Source: Botryllus schlosseri
Lineage: Eukaryota
Assembly: GCA_051294905.1 (NCBI GenBank)
Contig: CM119372.1
Location: forward strand, 22,570,001-22,634,000
Length of the DNA stretch: 64,000 bases
Reading direction: 5' to 3'
Part shown: one piece after another, positions 22,740-35,358 of the stretch
How the letters are laid out: each line of letters opens with the position of its first letter
Numbering within the stretch: position 1 is the first letter of the stretch
Program-made: the position numbers and the translations under genes
The notes under the pieces: model-generated
The model's input: only the letters and a program-made list of their open reading frames with translations
The model's database searches: none
Told to the model about the DNA's origin: nothing

Positions 22740-23024
22740 CTCATCATCATCATTTTATTAAAATTTTTATCAAATCAATGTACACCACAAGATTGCGATT
22801 ATAGATAGGAGGGTGCCGAAACGACTTGGAGTAGTCTGTTAATCAGACACCCGTCGTACTGGCGAGATTCGAGCTAGGTTTGCCTTCGTAGATGATGCAA
22901 CCGCTAGTACTACTCAAAGACTGCTCCAAGTCGTTTCGACACCTTCCTACCTTTTGATTGTATCGCAGCCTTGTGGTGTTTTGCAGTGATGGAATTTTAA
23001 TAATAAATTGAACTGAACTGAACT
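22740..23024. mobile_element. Two short LINE/SINE 3'-end fragments in opposite orientation
   Basis: ~22783-22850 and ~22912-22980 are inverted copies of the same segment. Each ends in AATAAA plus a microsatellite tail, (TGA)n or (GAACT)n. The same segment occurs at ~34444 and ~43775. Confidence 0.65.
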
Positions 23025-23394
23025 ACTTTGCGGCAATGTTGGGATCAAGTCATCTCGAGTCATTTCACATTTTGAGTCAAGTCAAGTCACTCAATTTTTG
23101 GAAGTGACATGATTCAAGAAATGAAGCTTATGATCATGATATTTCTTGTTGTATTTGTACTTCTCTAATAAAATATAACTTCTTTTCTGGTAACCATGGT
23201 TATGCTCATCGATCATGTTAGTGTGAGCACGCCGTCGTACTAAGGTAACGTTTTAAAAACGTGTTGCTGAAGCGCATATAGGAACATTTCACCAATTAGA
23301 TTAGAATTAGAGCATAGAAAATTTCATAAATTAGATTAGAATGAGATCACTATGGCATTTCGCTCTAATTTAGTGAATTTAGACAACTAGAAAT

Positions 23395-24725
23395 CAGTGT
23401 TGGGTAGGCTTACCATGTTTTGGAAATCGAAAAAGAGGACACTTTTTCAGAAATTTGAGACTTGCAAAACCGGAGAAGAGTTCTCAAAAATCGGTGAATT
23501 TTTCCGATTGTGTCATCGGTTGACTAAAAAAAAAGTCAACTTTTCGCTCGGAGCTCAAATCGCCGCTTTTCCCTTCGAAATGCTCTCCGGAGCGTCACTT
23601 CTGTGCTGATTTTAGGCGTAGGCCTATCACTCGCATTTTGCTCTAAATGTGACCTAAATTTTCCAAAAAGAGGACAAAAGGGCGTCCTCCGAGGACACTT
23701 TAAAAAAAGAGGACAAATCCTCTTAAAGAGGACGTATGGTAACCCTAGTGTTGGGACAAAGTCACTATATACCTTCGAGTCACGAGTCATCCCGAGTCAT
23801 TGCACATTTTGACTCGAGTCAAGTCAAGTCAATCGATTTTCGAAGGTGACTCGAGTCAAGTCAATTAACTCATTTTTTGGAGGTTACTCGAGTCAATTCA
23901 AGTCAAGTCGAGTCACGAGTTAAGTCATAATTAAAGTCAAATTGAATTTTCGAAGTATTAGTGACGATTCAAAGTCATTACATTTTGCTAGCTGTGTGAA
24001 AGACAGAATATAATTGGCCATTTATCTTGAATCAAATAACTAATATGCAGTTAAATATGCCTGCAAGAAGGCGTTTTATCGCTCACGCACACTTAGAACT
24101 GCAAATAAAATACATGAGTTACTCTGTACAGCAACAGTCTGTTATTAGCAGCCAACCGGCTCGAAGCCTCGAGAAGTTTAACAAATTGATATGGTACAAT
24201 ACACTATACCCATCCGTGATAAAATAAACGCACATACTATATTCGCTGGATTTAAATCATACAAGAGGGTCGGTAAAGGCGATCACCGTGGAATTTAAGC
24301 ACTGGGACGTCTAAGAGACAGAGATACGTTGTTATGAGGTTAATCTATTGCTACACTCTTACTAACTACGTAAGCCGTGATCATTACGTTTGTGGTCAAT
24401 TTATTTGTGGTGTAACAATTGAGGATCAGCGAAACGTACAATCAGTGAATGACTGGTTGATGGTTACTCTCGTAAGTGACACAGCAGGCGTATCGCGCAT
24501 AATACTAACATTCACAAAATTCAGTGATTTAATCGATACCATGTACTTGATGACTCGAAATTGACTCGTATATTTTGCTCCGAGTCACGAGTCAATTCGC
24601 ATTTTTGAAGCGCCGAGTCACGTCAAGTCGTTTTTGCAAAGTGACTCGAGTCAAGTCAAGTCATACGAAAAAGTTGACTCGAGTCTGACTCGAGTCAAGT
24701 CATGACTCGAGTCATCCCAACACTG
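23395..24725. mobile_element. Full family-B MITE (TIR CAGTGTTGGGA), carrying a nested family-D MITE
   Basis: Ends cagtgttggg / tcccaacactg. TSD ctagaaat/ctagaatt. Many gactcgagtcaagtc repeats. Confidence 0.85.
23405..23747. mobile_element. Family-D MITE (TIR TAGG(G/C)TTACCAT)
   Basis: Perfect 8-bp TSD GTGTTGGG. Reverse orientation relative to 35009 and 46556. Confidence 0.92.
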
Positions 24726-25269
24726 CTAGAATTATCTAGTTGTCCAAGTCTTAACCCAGTTACACATCCACGATAGACAATTCAAGCCTGCTCCAAATGT
24801 TGATGACTGACGTGGGTCAATGTATAATTAAACGATCGAGATATTCGTTCGATTTAAATCATACAAGAGGGACATGGTTGGTTATACATAGGATTACATT
24901 TAACACAGAAATCAATTTAAAACAAACATGTTTAAAACAAAGCCCTTGTTTAAAACATGTATTTTTGTTAAACCACGACGCCAGGAATGTTAAATTGTGA
25001 CGTCATAATGGATTGACATTAATTAACACTTGAAAATATAGGGTAAATATAGCTCCTTTGATGAAATATTTACAGCTGTTGAACCGACTATTTTGAGGTT
25101 TCCAAACATCTCATATCGTATACGTCGGCTATATCGGGTGGTAATCGTCCGTAGGCTCATACAACATGTTTTTTTGGAAAATATTTACACATAATTATAA
25201 GTATAACACAAGACATAAAATAAATTTTCGGCTTTTTGGAAGTAGTATTGATATTCTTTTTCAAGTCCC

Positions 25270-27286
25270 AATATCGTACTATAAACACCGTATCCGATAC
25301 AACTTCTCCGTATTGCTCTTCGACTAAACTCCGGGCCTTATAATATGGGGAGGACGCCATGCCATGATATGGTCTAAAATGGGGTGTTCGAGTAAACAAA
25401 GGATTGGTGTCGCATTTACATATCAATACTATCATTTGCATCACATGATGCGGACGAATGGTTATTCTGTCAAAAATTGATACCTCCTGGGATGAATCAA
25501 TATGAATCAAGCTCTCTACACTTCTGCATAGTTCAATTTGCAGGTTTTCATAGTCCATACGAACAAATTGTGACCGTTTTCACAACTTATACTTACTTAC
25601 TTGAGTAGATTTAAAGTCAGTCAATTCTACTTCGAGTAGTTTTGCGTTGCTTTTAAAATAAGTACTTCCACTCGTACTTGAGTAGATTTTATGCGACGCT
25701 ACTTCTACTTCTACTTGAGTAGTTCTATTGACTACTTTGACCACCTCTGGTTTTGACTCGAGTCAAGTCTAGTCATTTTCAATTCACCACCGAGTCAAGT
25801 CCGAGTCATCGAGCAGAGGGTCCGAGTCATCGAACATGGCATTATGACTCGTGTCCGAGTCCAAGTCATTGTGTTGATCCGACATCTCAGTTTCCAGTTA
25901 GGGTCCTGTTTAACCCACTTTGTATAATCTTGTTTGCTGATATCGAATGGTTCGCATTCATAATATAATGTAATAATTTCCTCAATACCAAATAGACGAA
26001 ATCCCAATAGCATGGTTACTTTACTATTTTTCGAAATTACAATGAAACGTCGGTCTGAGTCTCGAGTCATATAGTTTTCCTCTACTTCTGGTAGGCCTAC
26101 ATACTCAAGTAGATCTGAGTTTCTCTACTTTTACTTCTACCTCGTAATATTTTGTGATCTACTTACTTACTTTTCGCTATTTTCAGTTAGTCAAGTAGAA
26201 GTAGTTTAATCCCCAAATACGAAAGATAGCCTGAGGAATTTCGGGGCTGTTTTCACGAAGCACCAACATTTAATATTCATTAAAGTCACGTAAAGTCCAG
26301 AATTTTTACGCTTCGCGCACAGTAGTTATGGAGTGACAAATATGTTTTCACGAAAGTATCAGTGAATATAATTTAGGTACCGGATTGCTTGGTTCCGCTC
26401 ACACCGCCTTGTCGCCCACATCAAGTATTTTATCACAGTAAAAATGGCCCCCCAAAACGTTTGAAACTACCGTTTCGCAATCTAGCAATTACCTATCATT
26501 TCGTAATCTGGCAGCTCATGACGTGTCCTGCTAATCTGGAAAATCCGTTTTTTTAAGGTTAACCTGTTATAGCAGATCACCTTTGAAGCTTTATGGACAA
26601 AAGACATCAAAATGTATTTTCCGCTTTTTAGAAGTGGTATTTGTATTTCCCTTTCAATTCCGAGTATCTTGAGTTCTAATTACTTTCAGTTCTTTTGTCT
26701 GCAGAACATATATGTTGAAGCACAAAAACAAGCGTAGTAATGCCTCTATTTTCCCAAAATAGAGCTACACTAAACGCAACTTTCAGGATCCACAATATTT
26801 GTTAATAACGTATACTAATCGCGAAAAGTGTTGAAACCGTATCCGATACTTCTTCGTATTGCTTGTCGCCTAAACTTTGGGCCTTATAATATGGGGTTGG
26901 GCGCCATGTCATGATATTCTTTAAAACGGGGTCTTCTAGTAAACAAAGGGTTAAAGTATCGCATTTTCATATCCATACTATAATTTGCATCCCATGATGC
27001 GAAAGAATGCCTATTCTATCGAAAATTGATACTTCCTGGGATGCATCAATACGAATCAAGCTCTCTGCATCTTCCGCATAGCTAAATTTGACGCTATTGA
27101 CAGTCCATACGAACGAATTAACACTGTTTTCAAAACTACTTAATTACTTCAGTAGATTTAAAGTCAGTCAATTCTACTTCAAGTAGTTTTAGGTGGCTTA
27201 TGGAAGAAGTACTTCTACTTGAGTAGATTTTTCCGTCACTACTTCTACTACTTGAGTAGCTTTCTTGACTACTTTGACCACCTCTG
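25270..27286. mobile_element. Two diverged copies (~25270-25749, ~26810-27286) of a MITE ending CTACTTTGACCACCTCTG with ACTTGAGTAG repeats, plus fragments
   Basis: Direct alignment of the two segments by eye, with an identical terminal 18-mer. Confidence 0.7.
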
Positions 27287-28223
27287 CTGGTACTCATGTA
27301 GAAGTAGAGGCAAAGTCGTCAATTTTTACTCAATTGGAAGTAGGCTATCAAATGGCGACTTCCAACGCATTTCAAATGTATCTGTAGTGGGGTAAAAATT
27401 GGAGGTGTGAAAGTACCCAAGTTCAGTAGTGTGAAAATCAAGATCTCGCCGAGGGCTTGCATACTTTTACGAGGTACTGTGATACATGGATCATTTTGAC
27501 CTGTTGTTAAGGCAATTTCACTTATAGTAGAAATCTTTTGAAACTACTTTCTACGTTGCAAAATCCGTCGTACAAATTGATTAGTTTTACCAAAGAGCTG
27601 CTACGTAGTACCGAAACATAGCCACTTGATTAGGTAGTGTGAGTAAGCAAAATCGAGAGTACTTCAAATAAGTAGAACTTCGTTACTGACAAACTCTACA
27701 TCTCACATTATGTCTTGGGAGGATGAAAATAACGCAACCGCTAGAGATCTGGAACTGAGTGAACAATCGACACCTCCGCATTTCAGGCAAAAAAATACTC
27801 TGTTTATGCGCCAGCAAGCAAAGTCGAGTTGTCGGATGAGCTACTCAAATTATCGCTCCCTTTCGAGACGGAATTGACACAGCCGATGCACTCACTAAGC
27901 ATGTCACAATTGTACTCTGCGCTTCAGCGACAAGGAAAAAGTACTGCCAAGCCCCTCAAGACAAACCGAAACGGCCGATCACACAGACTCCATTCGGTAC
28001 ATTATTTCTTTATGTACATGAAAAGAGACGCCAATCAAACGGCCAGAAAAACAGGCACGGCTGTCAAAAACCAAAGACAGCGTACTGTCTCCATATCTAG
28101 ATCATCTCATGCACACGACAAGACGGCGTGCCAAACCAAGAAACGCGTAGCTGTGCGTTGGAAAATCTCGACACTCGACACGGAAGTCGGCCAATCGTAC
28201 GATGTCCTCACAAACCTCGGCGT

Positions 28224-30599
28224 TCAGAAAAAGTCTGTGTCGTCGGGAGCGTCAAGATCCCTGTACTCGATGATGGAGCGCCCGGTGTAAGGCTCTTTTT
28301 GACGCATATCTCTCTGCTTCGGCGGGAATGTTTTCCCACCTCCGTAAGGTTGCGGCATCCTATGCCGATACTGTGGGGTCGAGAAGTGACCAAACGGCGG
28401 CTCTCCATACATGGGCGGTCTTACGCCAAAAGGTGGATATCCCGGAGGCATGTTTGGAGCCGGGGAATGACTGATTTGTGGCTGGCTATCGGGCGGTCCC
28501 GGACGGCACGGATCAAACAGATAATTGTTGAAATACGAAACCTCCTTCCTGACCGCGTCGATCTTATCGCCATGCTTGTTGAATATGTGTTTCCTCACGT
28601 AATCAGGGCCCTTGAACTTTTTACCGCTGAGCGGGCAGAGCCACTTGTCTTTTCCTAATTCCTGGGTGTTGGAGCTGACGAACTTCTCGACTTCCGCCTC
28701 TTCGTCTTTCAATCCGAGCTTTTTCGCTTCATCCTGGGTCAAATCATCTTTAAAATCTAAAATGGTGACGAGTTTCTCTGAAAAGCGCTTCTGAAACTCG
28801 GAAATATCGTCCTTGGTGAGCTTGTTCGGCGGCACCGGGCCACGGGCGTGGATAATGCCGCACCGGTTGGGCATCTCGTCCTCGTTCGGATACTGGCTGG
28901 CGTTGTAGTAATCGACCGAGTGCACTAATCTGAGGTACAGCAGCAGTAAATCAAGCTTCTCGACCAGCTTGTTATCTCTTTGAATATCGATTTCGTTGCT
29001 GGGCGGCGTTTCCTCGTCTTTCACCACGTTTGGCGTGTCCGCTTCTGGCCCTAGCAGCATGTCCTCTTCCGCGCTGCTCTCATCGACCAGAAATTCGGAT
29101 ATATTACTCAGCCAGGGATTGACTTTCGGCTTTGGTTCACTACCGACATTTTCATCGGACTCCGGTGTTTCCTCTTGCCAGAGCAGCATTTTTTTGTCGA
29201 GATGTTGAATCAGCCTGACGACATTCTTCAAATCGCTCTTGGCGCAAGTCTTGTGCTGCGCGATCCCGGAAATAGGTCGCACGCGTCTCGCCAGATCCCT
29301 GTTCACCACCGGGTTCAACTCGATCTCCCGAAGCCGGATGTTGTTCAGATTCCAGCAGATGTCCTTGATGTTGATGTCACGCCGGAAAGTGACCCAGCAC
29401 CGGCGGATGAAACGGTTGTGGTCTTCCAGAGGCTGCGAGAAGGCGACTCTCATGAAACCGTCGTACTTCTTACACAAGTTGACGATGTCGCACCGTGTCA
29501 CGCTGGGCGGTAGGCTGCGCATGAAAACGGAATATGTCTGATGCAGCATTTTCGGCTTCGGTTTCTCGATCACTTTTTCCTTTTCCGATTCTTCCGAGCC
29601 GTTTTTTTCTGCGTCTGCTGCTGCCGGGTCCGCATTTTCTTTTACGTCTTCGCTTTCCGGAGCGTTATTCTCTGTATCGTCGCTCACCAGCTGCTTAAAT
29701 AGCTTAGCTTTCTTATCGTCATCTTCCTTTTCTGCGTCATTCGCCTCATCTGCCGCATCTTTCTTGTCATCATTCCCGGCTTCGCTCCCCTGTCCGTTCA
29801 CTTCGTTGGACGGAGTGTCGCTTTCCGATAAAATTTTGAGGTCCTCATCTTTACCCCCCTCGAGATAAATCACTGCGGCATCAAACAGATACACCAGCTT
29901 TGACTCGCAGCGCAAGTCCAAGCTGACGTCGCGCATCAAACCTTTTTCGTGCAGTGCCTCGAAGGTGTCTGCGCGCAGTTTGACGTCGGAGACATGGCGA
30001 TCCTTCCTGACCTTTGATTCGTCTGGATGATATTTCTCCTTGAACCACTCCTCGTCCTTGTGCGCGCGGAAAAACTGCTGCAGCTGCTGTCGTTTGAAAC
30101 CTATCTTGTATTCCGTATAATTTTTCACAGCTTCTTCGTCACCGATGTCGTCAGGCTGGGAGGACAGCCACTGTTTGAAAGTGAGCATACGGCCACCACC
30201 TTCGCCAGGGCCACCACCAAAATTATTCCAATCGTCTGGTGGGCGAAACCCGGGCCTGCGATGGTCCCACGCAGGCGACCCTCTCCAGTCGGGCGTACCG
30301 AACGGGGGCTCACCTCTGATTCTCTTCCTGGGGCCGTTCTCATCATCTCTTCTGCCGGGGCTGAACCTGCGTTTCATGTCGGGCGGTTGACCGGAATACT
30401 CATGCCGGTGACGCTGCGGTATTTGATCGCCGGACATTGGAGGCGGTCGCATTGGTGCCCTGTCCATGTTTCCTCCTACCCAGCCGCGCGGCCGGTCGTG
30501 ACCCCAGTCTCGGTCGCCACGTCTGTCATAAGCATCGCTTCTTTCACGGCGAAACTTCTCGCGGCGCTGGCGATCGAACTCATCTTCACTGTCTCCCAT
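28224..30599 (-). CDS. SRRT: Serrate RNA effector molecule homolog (ARS2), intronless CDS, 791 aa
   Basis: MGDSEDEFDRQRREKFRRERSD N-terminus; FFRAHKDEEWFKEKYHP; RRM-like region (FMRVAFS..RRCWVTF..IKDICWNLNNIRL); zinc finger KWLCPLSGKKFKGPDYVRKHIFNKH; C-terminal EYRDLDAPDD..FF. Confidence 0.97.
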   Translation of the reverse strand: MGDSEDEFDRQRREKFRRERSDAYDRRGDRDWGHDRPRGWVGGNMDRAPMRPPPMSGDQIPQRHRHEYSGQPPDMKRRFSPGRRDDENGPRKRIRGEPPFGTPDWRGSPAWDHRRPGFRPPDDWNNFGGGPGEGGGRMLTFKQWLSSQPDDIGDEEAVKNYTEYKIGFKRQQLQQFFRAHKDEEWFKEKYHPDESKVRKDRHVSDVKLRADTFEALHEKGLMRDVSLDLRCESKLVYLFDAAVIYLEGGKDEDLKILSESDTPSNEVNGQGSEAGNDDKKDAADEANDAEKEDDDKKAKLFKQLVSDDTENNAPESEDVKENADPAAADAEKNGSEESEKEKVIEKPKPKMLHQTYSVFMRSLPPSVTRCDIVNLCKKYDGFMRVAFSQPLEDHNRFIRRCWVTFRRDINIKDICWNLNNIRLREIELNPVVNRDLARRVRPISGIAQHKTCAKSDLKNVVRLIQHLDKKMLLWQEETPESDENVGSEPKPKVNPWLSNISEFLVDESSAEEDMLLGPEADTPNVVKDEETPPSNEIDIQRDNKLVEKLDLLLLYLRLVHSVDYYNASQYPNEDEMPNRCGIIHARGPVPPNKLTKDDISEFQKRFSEKLVTILDFKDDLTQDEAKKLGLKDEEAEVEKFVSSNTQELGKDKWLCPLSGKKFKGPDYVRKHIFNKHGDKIDAVRKEVSYFNNYLFDPCRPGPPDSQPQISHSPAPNMPPGYPPFGVRPPMYGEPPFGHFSTPQYRHRMPQPYGGGKTFPPKQRDMRQKEPYTGRSIIEYRDLDAPDDTDFF

Positions 30600-33110
30600 G
30601 ACAATGTGACACTCGTTTAGTGACTATGGTCTGTTTTTAACAATGAAAGAAGACTGTTGTGAATCTATCTCAATTTATGGACATTCAGCAAAAAGCAGCG
30701 CGGTCAGTACTGATGATGAAGCAGCGCTGCGAGGTTAACTAATCATAGAAACGAGAATAGTAATAAGGCAATGATAAAATAGTATGAATAGCCTACAACC
30801 CGAAATCAAGCGAGAACAAATTTCTCAATGATCATGGGTTGTATAGAGAGAGAGGGAGATATTTATTGATTCGTTTAACCATTAAGAAAATAACATTGGC
30901 GGATGAAATATTAACAAGAAACCTAACCGTGTAGGACAGGGTGTGATCAATACGACTCTGGGTAGGGTCTACAGGTCTGATCACACACCCTGCATTCAAC
31001 TATTACAGATATTATTTATAAATTTTGGTTGGGATTAACTGGTTCAGCATAGTAAAAAATGAATAACAATAAGATGAAAAAATGGGGGTGGGACAATTGG
31101 AGTCAGCAAAAGGAGATGATGTGACTGAATAATTCTTTTTGAAAGGAGTGATGTGGATGCTCCCGTAGAAATAGGTATAGAATAAAATACATGCTAATGA
31201 TTTTGACTCAGTAGATATTCTAATTATCAGAACCATGGTAGGTTCAATTCTCATGTATTATAAGCACACTGGGGGTCAGGATGAAGTAGAGTTGTTATGG
31301 TGATTCGGAGTATGACAACAACTGGACTTTTATGATAACTGAATAAATAGCATTATAACCAACAATGTCATAATGTGGAAATATATGGTACACTAGTATT
31401 ACCAATGCACTGATTCCAGTAGATATCTTACTTTCACAATCGAGTCTCATGCTTGCAGTAATTCAATCCATATTGCTAATTACTAAAATCATCAGCTACT
31501 TATACTAGAGCTGGGCAAAGTCGAGTAACTGAATGATTCGATTCTGAATGAAGTATTAGGTATCGAGGGAAGTAGCACTCCATTATGATGCCATAACATA
31601 AGTAAGGATGCGGAAAGTTCAGATATGTACCTTTTATGCCACCACTACGAATACAATGCCAGTTCTACATTGTGTTGAAGATGATTCGGTGTTTGTCCGA
31701 CATTGCTCATTTCATTGCACTTTGTGACAAAGATGTGTGTTGACCACGACTTCACATATAGTTCATCTCTACCAACGTGCATAGCTTAGTAAACTACATG
31801 TTTCATTTACTGTAATGCAACAAGTTTTCAAGTCTTCCTCGGTGAAAAATATCATTGGAGCTATAATTTTCGTTGATAAATTACCTATAGTGGCGAGGAG
31901 CGTATCTTATTAGTACTCAAAAAATGCTCTTCTCTCGGATAATTAGAATTAGTACTAGATTCAGATTCGAGTGTTAGGATCACTGTCCCCAGCATTACTT
32001 ATACTGCAATGAAATGAGCCAGAAAAATCTCGTACTTTGATCTGTGTTAAATGCAGCAAAACAATTATACAACGAGTACACAGTACAGTCTACTCCGCTC
32101 AATGCGGACACCGGATAAACACTTTACCAAAATGCAGAGGAACGGAACAGAAGAAAATATTGCAGGTAAAAACGTACGGTTGAGTCAGAAAATTCTCTGG
32201 TTAATTCGGACACACCCTCGCCATTCCAATTGTTATGTTATGACACAATAAACTTTGCTTCGCTGGTTTTGACACAAGATGAACGATCATGGTGAAACAA
32301 TGACGATCCATGCAGTAGGCCTAACAATCGACAATGTACTCATACAAGGCAATGCCAGCTTCATAGGCCAATACGTGGATCTTGTAGATCAGATTGGTAC
32401 AGAATAGTTTTGTGTGAAAAGCGAAATTGCTCACGAAAGTAAACTAAGAAGAAAGTAAAGACGTTTCCTTGAGAGTTTGGCGTTAGTTAATACAGTATTT
32501 GTTGAATGGTTTGGTATCAAAAATACTATGTAAAATACAACTAACTTGAATGTATAACTAATGTGCATTTCATATGATCTGTGCCAATTACTGCAGTGTA
32601 GCGCAGCTGCAATTAATTTATTACACAACAGTACCGTGTTTTGAATGCGCTGTGTTTATTTACACACGGCCATGAAACGAACAATTGATTTTCCGCTCAA
32701 CTTGGACAAAGTCGTTTCTCTGTATAATTCTACGTTCAGTCAAAGTGACTGGGACCAAACTGTCCAAATTAAGAGGAGTCAACTGTATGTCGGCATGGTA
32801 TTGTTAAGAGTCATGGAGCCGGCACATCCAACATAGCCAAGTCAAGTCTCATCCCTAAAATATATTAAAAACAATTCATTTATATTCGCAATTTATTCAC
32901 TGAAGCTTTTCAAGTGACCCTAAGAGAGATTTAAAACAATATCTTTACTATACGCACTCACGTTTGGCTTTGCGAAAGGGAGGCCGAATTTGAACTAATT
33001 TCAGAGTCATATCATGATATCTTGTTATCAATGGGTTCGAACGCAATACAGCAGCATAGGCTACACTTTACAACTTCATTGTGCTATTGCAGATTAGGAC
33101 TCGCTACATA

Positions 33111-33364
33111 GCTATCCGACAGTCATCGAGCATATCCCCATTCAAGTCGAAATAGAAGCAATTTCTACTGAATAAATACTAGTTAACCCTCTAGTTTACC
33201 GGACCACGACCTGACATATCGATCTCACCTTCCGACACATGACACCTTTTTTTGTCACTTGACCTTTTATATTTCATTTATACTTTTCATTCAGTGTGCA
33301 TGCCTCCTTTTCTTTACTTTGTGGTGTATTGAAATGATGAAAATCGTAGCAATAAATTGAATTG
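33111..33364 (+). mobile_element. 3' end of a LINE (CR1/L2-like ORF2 tail plus 3'UTR)
   Basis: Encodes degenerate IRQSSS..FKSK.KQFLLN.Y* then a UTR ending AATAAA-ttgaattg. Homologous to the interrupted copy at 43729-46045(-). Confidence 0.7.
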
Positions 33365-34263
33365 TAGATTCATTATGAAAATGTTGAAATAAAATTTCAA
33401 ATAGCAGCATGTTATGTTTGAGCAAAATAATCCTTCATTCAACCTCGTGGGAGCTGCAATTGTTCCAGCATCCACATGGGTTGGCTCTGGCCACTGCACA
33501 CAACCCACCCATCACAATGATATGTTATAGAAATGAACTTGTTGATGAAAAAAGGACAGAACAATCACTTAGCCATAACTCGGAAGCCGTAGTTCGGCGG
33601 GTTATAAAGATTTGACCTTTATTTCAACTCTAACACACTGCCACATACTCTCGAATTAGACTCCAAGGCCTAAGTGAGAGTATTACATTTATAATCATAA
33701 TCGCATATCAACCACCACAGAGTAGGCCTATCGCAACATAAACACTGTAAGCACCATGTACAGACTATATGTATTTTTAGTATAAAGATACCATAATAAT
33801 AACACTACAGACTTGGTGGCTTGGCTTAGTTATACCCCGGAATGGAATCGGTGGCAACGTCACGCAGGATTTTCTGTTTATTTGCTTAATTATTCTATAC
33901 AGAAAAGCTCTCATCACGCAGGATTTATTTCAAAAAATGAACCGAGATTCCATATAGGGTTATACCTTAACTTAGGTTGGGCTGATTGACACCTAATTGC
34001 AGTTATAATGCTAACATTTTTCACAATCAAGTTGAAGAGAAGCGCTATATCAGTAATGCAGTACGGTGCCGCATCATGCCGAATAATCGATAATCCAGTA
34101 CGGAACGCCGAATGGTATGGTATATATAGTCACGCCCGGCACGGTTCCTGCATAGTGCCGTACGGTGATCCACGCCTTATGAAGAAAACCAATACTTCGT
34201 GAAGTCCAATATGTCCTACTAAGCAAACGAGTTTCGCATAATCACCATCTTGGACAACCTTAC

Positions 34264-34380
34264 CTTCACCACTATCTCGAACACGCAATATATTTGAACT
34301 TGCCAAACCGAAATTGACAAGACATTGAATATTTGGGCGCCAACTTGAAGAGATCGCCGTGCGCTCCGCTCGAGTAACAT
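34264..34380 (-). other. Candidate non-coding first exon of SRRT
   Basis: Minus-strand donor GAAG|GTAAGG at 34264/34263 after a CpG-containing stretch. Candidate acceptor gtttctatgattag near 30739. No transcript evidence. Confidence 0.3.
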
Positions 34381-34553
34381 GACGAAAATGAAATGAGTTC
34401 CGAGTTAATTTCTAGACGGAAATAATTTTGAAATTCTCAAATACACCATAAGATTGCGATACAATGAAAAGATAGGAAGTATTTGAAACGACGGGAATTT
34501 TCTTTCGTGCATGCAATGCAATGCATGCACTTCATACTTCAGTGACGAACTGA

Positions 34554-34656
34554 TTATAGATAACTAACCCGTCTAACTATCGATAACTAACCCCCGTAGG
34601 TTAGTTATTTATAGTCTAACCCCAACCTCAACCTACCCTAGGTTAGTTATCTATAA
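34554..34656. mobile_element. ~100-bp mini-element with TIR TATAGATAACTAACC (same ends as the 45064-45662 palindrome)
   Basis: ttatagataactaacc ... ggttagttatctataa. Confidence 0.65.
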
Positions 34657-35008
34657 ACGGATCGTGATTTTGAGAAACCGACCGCATACCACCTTTTTGT
34701 GTTTTACTGCACTAAGCATCTCCTGGATCCTGAATAACTTATTTCACTCAAATACACCGGTATTTATTAGTTATTAGCGTGAGATATCCCCGCAGGAATG
34801 AATACACAATTTAATGTTATGGATGTAAATGTATTTTTCGGCACAAGCTTGTCCATCCGGGCCCAGCGTTATACTCACTGCACGTCAGACATCATGTCTT
34901 GTCCGGGCTCGATTAAACCTTAGGTTAAGAAAAACAATGGAAGACATTCACTTGAACTTTACGGGCCATAAGGCCGAGCGATAGCCAGTTTTCAATGTTC
35001 TCATATAT

Positions 35009-35358
35009 TAGGGTTACCATACGTCCTCTTTTTGACTTTTTTGAAAGTGTCCTCGGAGGACGCCCTTTTGTCCTCTTTTTTGAGATTATGTCCTCTTTCT
35101 TGAAAATTTAGGTCAGATTTAGAGCAAATTGCGAGTGATATGCCGTAAATTAGCACAGAAGTGTCGCTCCGGTGGGTATTTTGGAGTGAGAAACGCTGAT
35201 TTTAGCTCTGAGCGGAAAAGCGATGACCTTTCCTTTTAGTCAACCGATCACAAAGCGGGAAAAATTCACCGGTTTTTGAGAATTCTTCTCCGGTTTTGCA
35301 AGTCTCAAATTTCTGGAAAAGTGTCCTCATTTTAGATTTCCAAAATATGGTAAGCCTA
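35009..35358. mobile_element. Family-D MITE
   Basis: TIRs tagggttaccata / tatggtaagccta. Perfect TSD TCATATAT. Confidence 0.92.

Noticed and set aside
25157..25558. 133-aa minus-strand ORF
   Set aside because: It lies in a repeat whose second copy (~26810-27286) has no corresponding ORF in the track.
27829..30620. Plus-strand ORFs of 100-197 aa opposite SRRT
   Set aside because: Antisense shadows of a GC-rich coding sequence with no protein-like features.
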